A stretch of 64,000 nt of DNA from Balanoglossus misakiensis (lineage: Eukaryota; Animalia; Hemichordata): the NCBI GenBank assembly GCA_040954595.2, contig JBECUI020000037.1, positions 1-64,000 on the forward strand, given 5' to 3'. Both the position numbers and the translations under genes were made by a program. The notes below the pieces were generated by a model. It did not search any database. It was not told the DNA's origin and worked only from the letters and a program-made list of their open reading frames with translations. Below are positions 11,584-21,326 of this stretch, piece after piece. Position 1 is the first letter of the stretch. Every line of letters starts with the position of its first letter.

Positions 11584-12318
11584 TATTTTGTAGTTCCAAA
11601 CGAGTATGAGGGGCAAGAAGATATTCAAGTAGACCGGCATACCCAAACTCCAGTAATAACCTTGGATAAATTTTATACTGATAGGCAATGGCCATATCAA
11701 AGCTAATAAGATTATGAAGAGACATGAAAGAAGGGTTTTGAGAAAGTAGGCCCATTGTTGGTTTTGTATCAGTGTTCCCGTATAAAATGGACGCCAGCCT
11801 ATGTTTAGTATTGGCGTATATATGCTAGCTGACAAAGCGTGGGTTTGATTTATTTGCCAATCAACACGGGCATGTAGCCCCACTCCTGTATATTGCAACC
11901 ATGTTGTGCGTATATCATTGTGCCACAAGGCTAATGCAAAATGTGCTCCCGGTCCCAGAAATATGCTTATTTGATTCTTCGCCCATAGCTGAAACAGAGG
12001 GGTATAACTTGCTTTAACGGTACTGCCATTCCCGATCAGAGGTGGAAATTCCGGTGAGATCGTACGGTATGCCGAAAGAACACTCCCCCCTCCACCCTTA
12101 ATAAGGAAGCGATGTTGCATTTGAGCAGTACGGTATGTATACTCAATGCCACCGCCGCCGAGAATCAGTACCCTGTATAGGTTTGAATATGCAGTATCGG
12201 CGCCGACACCTGTAAAAAGTGTAGCCGTGAGACGAATTTCCGAATGTAGGAAGTTCTCTTCCTGGGCAGTAAGCACAGATATGGATGTCATTAATATACA
12301 GCATAGAAGGAGCTTCAT
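11552..12318 (-). CDS. Small outer-membrane beta-barrel protein, copy 3 (frameshift near 11750)
   Basis: MKLLLCCILM...LTA-QEE signal, PILNIGWRP motif, C-terminal VVFRF. Confidence 0.7.
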
Positions 12319-12331
12319 ATATATAACCTGC

Positions 12332-12360
12332 ATTGTAAGAGGCTGTTATCATTCAGTCAA
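12332..12360 (-). promoter_or_regulatory. Cassette 3 promoter
   Basis: TTGACT, 17-nt spacer, TACAAT; ATG 13 nt downstream; no Shine-Dalgarno. Confidence 0.6.
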
Positions 12361-12406
12361 TGTAGTGGGGGATACAGCTCGGGGATAGAGTAATTATTGC
12401 ATGCAG

Positions 12407-13516
12407 TTATTCCGTGGCATTGAGAATTTGTATGGCCGTATCTAGCACCTGATCGATGAGAGCGGGGGGGTCGTGTGGGTTAGATTTCTGAACAATGTCG
12501 GGGCGTAGCCCTACTTTGAAGAAGTCCGTGCCATCTGCTGTGTAGGTTCGGCTTCTTGTTATCCTAATTTCCCACCCATTAGGCATGTCCCGATCTATAA
12601 CAGTTCCGGTGCAGCCCAAAGTAGGCGTTCCAATTACCTTTTTTATCTCGTTGGATTGGCGGAGTATGAGTAGCAGCATTTCAGCCGCACTGCATGTAAA
12701 GGTGTTTATTAGTACGACAACAGGCTTGTCTTGATAGTAGGAGAATCCGCTGGGTCGAACGTATTCATGGACCCTTTTATATTCGCCAGGAGAAACGTGC
12801 TTGTCGACAATCATAAACAATTTTTTTTGCTTGATAAATCGTCGCCTATTTCCAATGCTTTGAACCCGTCCCCTCCCGGTGATCCCCGAAGATCAATGAT
12901 CATTTTATCTACACCCTCACGGTAAAAAGTCTTCAGAGTTTCATCAAGATCTCTTCCAAACCTAGCCCAACCAGCGGCATCAAGAGAAGGTGTTATTTCT
13001 CTAATAAGCATGTATCCGATAGTGGAGCCGTTATAATTCCGTATTGGATGATCGGGGTAACCTTTATTATGTTACCGGGGAACAAAGACTCTCTTATCGT
13101 GTAATCTGGTATATAGTCATCAAATTCGTCGCCCTGATGTCACTAATGTGCTGTCGTTTGATGAGAGGTATGTGTATGAAATAGGTGCATTAAAAACAAG
13201 CAAATGCGGATCGCGAATGTGCGTGGAAACTATTTTCTTAAAATGTTACTGCGAGCATCCCCCATGTGGGATTTATACGAAGATCTAGTCTGAATCTATC
13301 TCGTATCTCCGGCAGCGTTATTCCGTTTTCAAAGCTATAATCCTTGTAAGCATAGAACTGTTCCAGTTCGTGAAAGAAAAAATCATAATTCCCAAGCGGT
13401 GTATTCTCAAAGGCAGGGGAAAATGAAAAACTACAGCCGACACTAACAAAAACTATGAACAGCAGAGAAACTGTTCGAAACAATTTAGAAACGGAATAGG
13501 AGACTATAGCTAACAT
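12407..13516 (-). CDS. S41-family peptidase lipoprotein, copy 4 (several frameshifts)
   Basis: VSVGC lipobox, IRDPHL, DLRGSPGG, TCSAAE, GCTG, DMPNGW, GLRPD. Confidence 0.8.
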
Positions 13517-14283
13517 TATTATGCAACTCCAGGCGGGCAAAATTTCCTGAAAAATATTCCAGTATGCCGTTATATTCTAATTCAAGTAATAACCATGAGA
13601 AAATTTTATATCGATAAGCAATATTCATATCGAGGTTAATAAAATTGTGCAAAGATACAAAGGAAGTATCAAGGAAGGTGAGAAGAAAGGGGTTAGCGAA
13701 CTGTGGTAAATACAGAGAGTCTGCTGAAACTCCGGAATGGGCTGGGCGCCAGCCCGCGTTCAGTATCGGTGTGTATATACCAGCCGTCAATGAATGACTT
13801 GGGTTTATTTGCCAGATTGCTTGTATCTTTAGCCCAAGGCCCGTATAGTGCATCCATGTAAACTGTACGTTTTTTGGTCTTTCATGCCACCAACTGAGTG
13901 AAAAATGTGCCCCGGGACCAATCAGTACAGCTATTGAGTTATTTGCCCATACCTGAAACAGAGATGTATAGATTATTTTAAGAGTTACGGCAAAATCTTT
14001 TTGAGGGCGGAAACTCTTTTGTTGCAGGCTGATATGGCGAATACAGAGTACCAGCACCAGCCCGCATCTGGATGCTATGTTGTGTTCGGGCAGTACGATA
14101 TGTATACTCAATGAATCCGCCACCAAGGAGTGGAACCTTGTAGAGGGAGGCATATGCAATATCAGCAACAACTCCGATAAAAAACGTTGTTCCGAGACGG
14201 AACTCGGAATGTTTTTCTATTTCTTGGGCAAAGAGTCCGAAGGCACAGGACAGCAGTACCACAAGACAAATGATTCGAAGCAT
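13485..14283 (-). CDS. Small outer-membrane beta-barrel protein, copy 4 (frameshift near 14000)
   Basis: MLRIICLVVLLSCAFGLFA-QE signal, PILNAGWRP motif, C-terminal LLFRF. Confidence 0.7.
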
Positions 14284-14290
14284 TTAGTTC

Positions 14291-14319
14291 ATGCTAATAA
14301 GAAACGGGGGAACAGTCAA
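14291..14319 (-). promoter_or_regulatory. Cassette 4 promoter (leaderless)
   Basis: TTGACT, 17-nt spacer, TAGCAT; ATG 7 nt downstream. Confidence 0.6.
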
Positions 14320-14352
14320 GCAGCGTATTTCATCCCGGGAAGCCCCTCTGGG

Positions 14353-14467
14353 AAATGTTACTAACTAACATTTGTTAATATTGTCAATATGAAGTGCTTA
14401 ATAATTAACAATTTCATACGATCAATATCTGTCTGCTATTGGCATTTTTATTAAAGTATAGTATACT
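14353..14467 (+). promoter_or_regulatory. Promoter and palindromic operator candidate for the nucleoside ABC operon
   Basis: TTGGCA, 17-nt spacer, TATACT (14439-14467); AAATGTTA-n5-TAACATTT palindrome at 14353-14373. Confidence 0.5.
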
Positions 14468-14501
14468 TCAAAACTAACATAACAATACTTTGGAGGTAAA
14501 A

Positions 14502-15571
14502 ATGAATCGTTTTGTTTTTATACTAGTCTCAATAATGCTGTGTGCATTAGTGGCTTCATTTAGCTTTGCTACTGGAGCAGGGGAAACAGCAGCACCGAAA
14601 TTTTCGGTTGCTCTTGTTACCGATATTGGTGGGATAGACGATAAATCGTTTAATCAGGGAACATGGGAAGGCGTTCAACGCTTTTCGAATGAGTTCTCTG
14701 TAGATATTACCTATCTACAGTCCGCATCGGATGCAGATTATATCCCTAACTTAAGTACGGCTTCAGATGAAGGATACACCCTTATTGTCGCACCTGGCTT
14801 TTTGTTTTTGGACTCCATAGCGGAGGTATCGGCGAACTTTCCCGGCACGCAATTTCTTATTATTGACTCTGTTGTTGGTGATCGTCCTAATGTTGTTAGC
14901 GCTGTATTTTCGGAAGAGGAAGGATCATTCTTGGTTGGTGTTGCGGCAGCAATGCAAGCACAAGCAGACAATGTAAACAAGGTCGGATTCATAGGCGGCA
15001 TGGGATTTGATGTTATTTATCGGTTTGAAGCTGGATTTGAGGCCGGCGTAAAGGCGGTTGCTCCCAATATGGAAGTTGCTATTGACTATGCAGGGGATTT
15101 TGTTAATCTCCGATCGGTCAAACTATTGCCTCCAAGATGTATGACAGTGGCATTACCGTTGTCTTCCACGCAGCCGGCGCAACAGGCAATGGTCTTATTA
15201 AGGAAGCACGAGATCGACGACTGCAGCAAGAACAAAGTGGGTCTTCCAGTCCGGCAGTCTGGGCTATTGGTGTTGATCGTGATCAATATGCTGACGGCAT
15301 ATATGACAGTGTCGGAAATAAATCAGTTATACTAACATCCATGGTTAAGCGCGTTGATGTTGCAGCGTATAATGTTGCAAAGTTATCGTATGAGGGAAAC
15401 TTTCCTGGAGGTGAGGTATTTAAGTTCACCCTAAAGGAAAACGGGGTTGGAATTCCCGACGAGAACCCAAACTTGGGCGACGCTACTATGAGGCAAATTA
15501 ATGCATGGCGGGACAAAATTGTTAGCGGAGAAACGGTTGTCCCAACAATGCCTGTCCGGTTAACGAACTAG
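14502..15571 (+). CDS. BMP-family nucleoside ABC substrate-binding protein (frameshift near 15110)
   Basis: [58 protein letters not shown]; GGAGG RBS. Confidence 0.9.
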
Positions 15572-15578
15572 GCAATAC

Positions 15579-17119
15579 ATGGGACAGGGGACAGATTTTT
15601 TTGTTGAGATGCTGGGAATAACTAAACGTTTTCCCGGCATTACAGCAAATGATAATATCTCCTTGCACGTACGGCATGGGGATATTCATGCACTGTTAGG
15701 CGAAAACGGGTCAGGCAAAACAACGCTTATGAATGTGTGTTTGGCATGCTTACGCCCGATGCAGGTCGACTGTGTATACGCGGAAAAGAAGTTGCTATAT
15801 CCAATCCTCAGATAGCAACAGAACTAGGCATCAGTATGGTGCACCAGCATTTTCAGCTGATTGATACCTTTACAGTTACCGAGAACATTATTCTTGGTAT
15901 TGAAAGCAAGAAAAGTTTTAATCGAGTTGATACAAAAACTGCAGCAAATAAAATTATGGAACTATCAGAGCAATACGGGCTTGTTGTAGATCCCTATGCA
16001 CTGATACAAGACATTCCTGTTAGTATGCAACAACGTGTTGAGATACTAAAAATGTTATACCGCCAGGCAGATATCATGATTTTTGATGAACCAACAGCGG
16101 TACTCGTGCCCACCGAGATACAAGAACTCATGAAGATCATGAAGAATCTTGCAGCTGAGGGCAAAACCATCCTGCTCATCACCCATAAACTAAATGAAAT
16201 ACGAGAAGTGGCAGACCGGTGCAGTGTGCTTCGTAGGGGACAGATGATTGATACAGTTGATGTTGATACCTGCGATGAGGCAGAATTGGCACGGATGATG
16301 GTGGGGCGTCCGGTAGATTTCACCGTTAAAAAAGCTGAGACTCCAAAAACCAAGACTGTGTTGTCGGTACGTAACTTAACGGTACGAAACCAGATGGGCA
16401 TTACTAAGGTCAAAGGGGTAAGTTTCGATGTCAAGGCAGGCGAAATACTGAGCATTGCAGGGGTAGAAGGGAATGGGCAATTAGAGCTGGTGGAAGCCAT
16501 TCTTGGGGCTTGCCCCATTGACACGGGAACTATACAAATTAATGATACCCATATAGAGAATTACAATATCCGGCAACGAGCAGAAAGCGGGCTCGGTATA
16601 ATTCCCGAAGATCGACAGAAACACGGTCTTGTGCTTGCGTTTACTTTGGCGGAGAACCTTGCTTTGAAGCGGTATTACATGGAACCCTATTCACGCCGGG
16701 GGATGTTGGAATTTGATCAGTTTGCATCGAATGCAGAGCGATTAATCCAGGAGTTTGATATTCGTTCGGGACAGGGCATACATACAATAGTGGGAAAGAT
16801 GTCGGGAGGGAATCAGCAGAAGGCCATCATTGCACGAGAAATTGATAATACGCCGCCGGTTCTTCTTGTTGTACAACCGACGCGTGGGCTGGACGTTGGT
16901 GCCATTGAGTATATTCATAAGAGGATTGTGCGGGAACGAGACAAGGGTAAAGCGGTTTTACTTGTGTCGATGGAACTTGATGAGGTAACGATGCTTTCCG
17001 ATCGAATAGCAACGATCTACAATGGTGAAATTGTTGGAATAGTTGATGGAAAGGATGTGGATACAACACAACTAGGATTGATGATGATCGGTGAAGTGAG
17101 TGGAGATGGAAAGGCATGA
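15579..17119 (+). CDS. Nucleoside ABC transporter ATPase, NupA-like (frameshift near 15735)
   Basis: [31 protein letters not shown]. Confidence 0.9.
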
Positions 17120-18251
17120 AGGCAAAAAAGGGTATACTACATTCGATAGTACATAATGATGTATTATGGATCCCATTGATAGCGGTTATTAGTGGGCTAT
17201 TTTGCGGTATAATTCTTATGCTGATAACGGGCTATAATCCGTTTGATTTGTTTGCTGCATTACTACGCGGAACCTTTGGTCTGAGGTTCGATTCTGCAAC
17301 TAGCTTTTTTAATCCTCGTTATATTGGAGAATTTCTTGTAAGGGTTATTCCTATTACATTAACAGGTCTTGCAGTAGGATTTTCTTTTCGTACCGGGTTG
17401 TTTAATATCGGGGCGGAAGGACAGTTGATTATGGGATCTTGGGCAGCAATTACAGTTAGTTTTCTTGCATCTGCCTTGCCTGCATTTCTACTGCTTCCGC
17501 TTGTACTGATTAGCAGTATAGTGGCAGGGGCACTGTGGGGGTTTGTACCGGGATTCTTGAAGGCGCGCTTTAGCATACATGAGGTTGTTGTAACAATAAT
17601 GCTCATTATGCGGCATTGTATTTTACGAACTATGCATACATGTTATTACCACATGTTAGTACTGCAAGAACCCTTGATGTACCGGATGCTGCAATACTGC
17701 ATAGTGACTGGCTTGCATCCATTACCAATAATTCACGATTACATTGGGGTCTTATTGTTCTTATTTTTGCCATTATCATGTATTGGTTTATTATGGAACG
17801 GACAGTCTTCGGTTACGAACTGCGTGCGACCGGGTTTAATAAAGATGCAGCTCGATATGCCGGGATACAGGTTACTCGGAAGATTACCTTATCTATGATG
17901 ATTTCCGGTGGTTTTGCCGGTCTTGCGGGCGCTATGATTGCAGTGGGAACATTTAGTTATGGACGAGTCTTGTATAGCTTTGAAAATTATGGCTTTGATG
18001 GCATAGCGGTTTCCCTTATTGGCAGTAATACCGCCTCCGGCATTCCAATGGCCGGTGTTTTGTTTGCTTCGCTCAAGTCAGCACAGCCAATTATGCAGAC
18101 CCGAGGAATCCCGCGAGATATTATTGATATTGTTATTGCCATTGTCATATTGATGGTTGCTATGCAGTATGGCATTAAGAAAATACGTGCATATCTTTTG
18201 TCTCGTTACAAGCAAAAGCAGGCGGAGGAAAAAGTGGGGACGAATACATGA
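17116..18251 (+). CDS. Nucleoside ABC permease, NupB-like (frameshift near 17605)
   Basis: FRTGLFNIGAEGQ, EVVVTIML, GFDGIAVSLIG. Confidence 0.9.
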
Positions 18252-19202
18252 ACGAAACATATGCAGTTATTACTCTTGCTTTAATTTTTTCCACCCCAAT
18301 TATTATAACGGCACTGGGAGGACTGATTTCAGAACTCAGTGGGGTTACCAACATTGCTTTAGAAGGGTTAATGATGATCGGTGCGTTTGCTTCGGCGACC
18401 GTGGTTGTTTTTCTCGAAACGACTATGGGCAATAGTGCCCCTTGGGTGTCCTTATTGGTTGGCATGGTTATGGGAATGATTTTTGCTGCCATCCATGGTT
18501 ACATAAGTGTGTATTTGCATGGGGATCAAATAGTATCGGGTACTGGGATAAACTTTTTAGCGGTTGGTATTACCGTATATTTCTGTCAGATTATCTTCAA
18601 TCAGCAACGAACACAGGTATTTACCCGCGGCTTTATAAAGAGTACATTCCCCGGGTTGTCCGACATCCCCATTATCGGCCCTATATTCTTTGCAAACATA
18701 TATACAACTGTTTTTGTTGCATTCATTCTTGTTGTCATTGTATGGTTTATTATTAATAAGACTGTTATTGGGCTGCGATTAAAAGCATCCGGAGAACATC
18801 CCCATGCTCTGGAAAGCGCTGGAATTAATGTGTATCGCTTACGATTTATAGCGGTACTGGTATCCGGGGCATTGGGCGGGTCTGTCCGGAGGCATTATGG
18901 TGCTCACGCAGGATACGCAGTATACCGTGCTGAGTATCCATGGAACCGGATTTATAGCACTTGCTACCATGATTTTCGGTAAGTGGAAGAGTTTCGGGAT
19001 CCTAGGTGCCGGAATTTTGTTTGGTTTCCTACAAGTTCTTGCAGTATATTCCACGAGTATACCGGGACTACGTGTAATTCCACAGGAAATATTCAAAATT
19101 TTCCCCTATCTTCTTACGGTATTGGCACTGGTAGCATTCAGTCGTAATAACGTTGCGCCTAAAACGGTCGGGCAACCGTACGATAGAGAAAGTAGTAAAT
19201 AA
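18248..19202 (+). CDS. Nucleoside ABC permease, NupC-like (frameshift near 18885)
   Basis: SELSGVTNIALEGLM, GLRLKASGEHP, GFIALA, PYLLT. Confidence 0.9.
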
Positions 19203-19279
19203 TAGCTACCTTGTAGTATTACTTTGTATGCTATAGTATAATTAACGTATCATCTGTAATTATGAGAAGCGGGAGAACT

Positions 19280-20733
19280 ATGAAAGATAGTATTCATACC
19301 ATTATCTCAGACATCCCTCGGCAGTTGTATATCAATGGAGAATGGGTCACAAGTGGTGAAGTCTTTTCTGTTGTTAATCCCGCGACCGAAAAAGAAATTA
19401 CAACTGTTTCAAGTGCAGGGATAGAAGACGCTTATGCTGCTGTGCAGGCAGCTAGCACTGCTTTCAGCGAGTGGTCTGCATATAAGCCACGAGACAGATG
19501 CGAAATACTCCGTTTGATATTTGAAAAAATAATTGAAATGGAAAAAGACTTGGCAACTGTTATTACCTTGGAGCATGGAAAATCCCTGTCTTCTTCTATT
19601 CGTGAGGTACGTTATGCCGCAGAGTTTTTTAGATGGTTTAGCGAAGAGGGGGTGCGCAATATCGGGCATTATTATCGTTCACCTACCACAGATGCCGATA
19701 TTGTAGTACGACATACAGCCGCTGGGGTCGCCCTATTAATTACACCCTGGAATTTTCCCCTTGCTATGGGAACCCGAAAGATTGCCCCGGCATTAGCAGC
19801 TGGATGTTCAGTCATAATAAAACCAGCAACGAATGCCCCTCTGGCAACACTTCTACTTACACGAATACTGGAAGATGCCGGACTCCCGGCTGGAGTAGTT
19901 AATGTGCTTCCCTGTAATCAGCCAGCCGCCGTTATCCCATCAATACTACGCTCGCCCGCTGTACGGGTTGTATCATTTACCGGTTCAACGGAAGTAGGGC
20001 GAACATTGATACAAAGAGCAGCCGAAACAGTTACCAACTGTTCGATGGAACTAGGCGGAAATGCCCCTTTTATCGTATTGGAAGATGCGGATATTGAAGC
20101 CGCTGTAGAAGGAGCATTACTTGCTAAGATGAGAAACATAGGGGAATCCTGTGTGGCTGCCAATCGTTTTTATATTCACGAAAGGGCAGCAGATACATGT
20201 ATTCCCTTGATCGTGCAGAGAATGGAAAAACTCCTTATGGGCAATGGCATGGATGAGAAAACCGATGTTGGTCCCCTTATTTCTTCCACAGCACGAGAAA
20301 AGGTTCACGGACTTGTCGAAGATGCACTCAATAAGGAGGGCGTCTATTATGTGGAGGCCGTATACCGGAAGGGCAAGGTTATTTTTATCCGCCAACGGTT
20401 ATAACGGACCTTCCTGTTCATGCATTGATGCTCAAAGAAGAAGTATTTGGTCCGGTGATGGGGATCCGTGTCTTCAGCAATGAAGAAACAATGATTGCAG
20501 AGGCAAATGATACGGAATATGGTCTGGCAGCGTACATATATGGAGAAACGCAGCATGCAATGAGCATTGCAGCACGGATAGAGGCAGGCATGGTTGGTGT
20601 AAACAGAGGAATGCTCTCTGATCCTGCGGCGCCCTTTGGTGGAATGAAACAAAGTGGGCTGGGGCGAGAAGGAGCACATGAAGGGTTGATGGAATTTATG
20701 GAGACACAGTACATATCAGTATCACTGTGTTAA
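19280..20733 (+). CDS. gabD: NAD(P)-dependent succinate-semialdehyde dehydrogenase-like ALDH (frameshift near 20340)
   Basis: ITPWNFP, SFTGSTEVG, MELGGNAPF, GESCVAANR, EEVFGP, PFGGMKQSGLGREG. Confidence 0.85.
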
Positions 20734-20741
20734 TATAAAAA

Positions 20742-20771
20742 CAGCAAGAGAAAATGTTAATTCTCTTGCTG
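20742..20771. terminator. Bidirectional terminator between convergent genes
   Basis: CAGCAAGAGAA / TTCTCTTGCTG 11-bp stem. Confidence 0.7.
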
Positions 20772-20796
20772 CTGTTCTTATTTTATGGCATCTTAA

Positions 20797-21267
20797 TTAA
20801 AAGATTACTAGTAGCAATAATGCTGTACCTGAGAAAACAATACCAGTTACAGGCATGCCACGATTTTTTGCGTCTACTTGTCTGGTAGCAAGTATACCGA
20901 ATACAAGACCAACAATAGCCAACGGAAACCCGAGCCGTGTCAGAGCAAAAAATGGATAGAAGCCGAACCGAGAGTCGCCGTATCCCATCATATGGCGATT
21001 ACCGAAAAAACGACCTGGTCCAAAGCCATCATTGCCTCGGCGCCATTGATTATCTTGATCCCAGCGATTATCTTGCCAACGATCATTATTCCAGTATCCG
21101 TCGTTTACACCGATAGCTCCTATTGGTATAAAGGACATAACCGACATTGCTAATACAAAGAACAACGCAATCGCTCCAGTAATAATACTGGTAAGAGCAA
21201 ATTTGTTGTGCTTCTTTTTCCCATTCAAATTATTGTTTTCTGTACTCACCTTATTTTCTGTACTCAC
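20797..21267 (-). CDS. Small membrane protein (DUF4190-like) with a W/D/N/G-rich loop
   Basis: NKFALTSII TM segment; LAIVGLVFGILATRQ....RGMPVTGIV ending; GGAGG RBS before GTG. Confidence 0.55.
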   Translation of the reverse strand: MSTENKVSTENNNLNGKKKHNKFALTSIITGAIALFFVLAMSVMSFIPIGAIGVNDGYWNNDRWQDNRWDQDNQWRRGNDGFGPGRFFGNRHMMGYGDSRFGFYPFFALTRLGFPLAIVGLVFGILATRQVDAKNRGMPVTGIVFSGTALLLLVIF

Positions 21268-21326
21268 TTTGTACCTCCGTCATACACTTTATAATACAAC
21301 CAAGAAGCACAGTGGTTGCATTATTA

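Noticed and set aside
4274-14319. Integron cassette array
   Set aside because: No attC-like palindromes or integrase; the units are paralogous duplicates with their own promoters
866-20733. Mass pseudogenisation or programmed frameshifting
   Set aside because: Indels are positionally clustered and often in homopolymers, while catalytic motifs are intact; sequencing error is the simpler explanation
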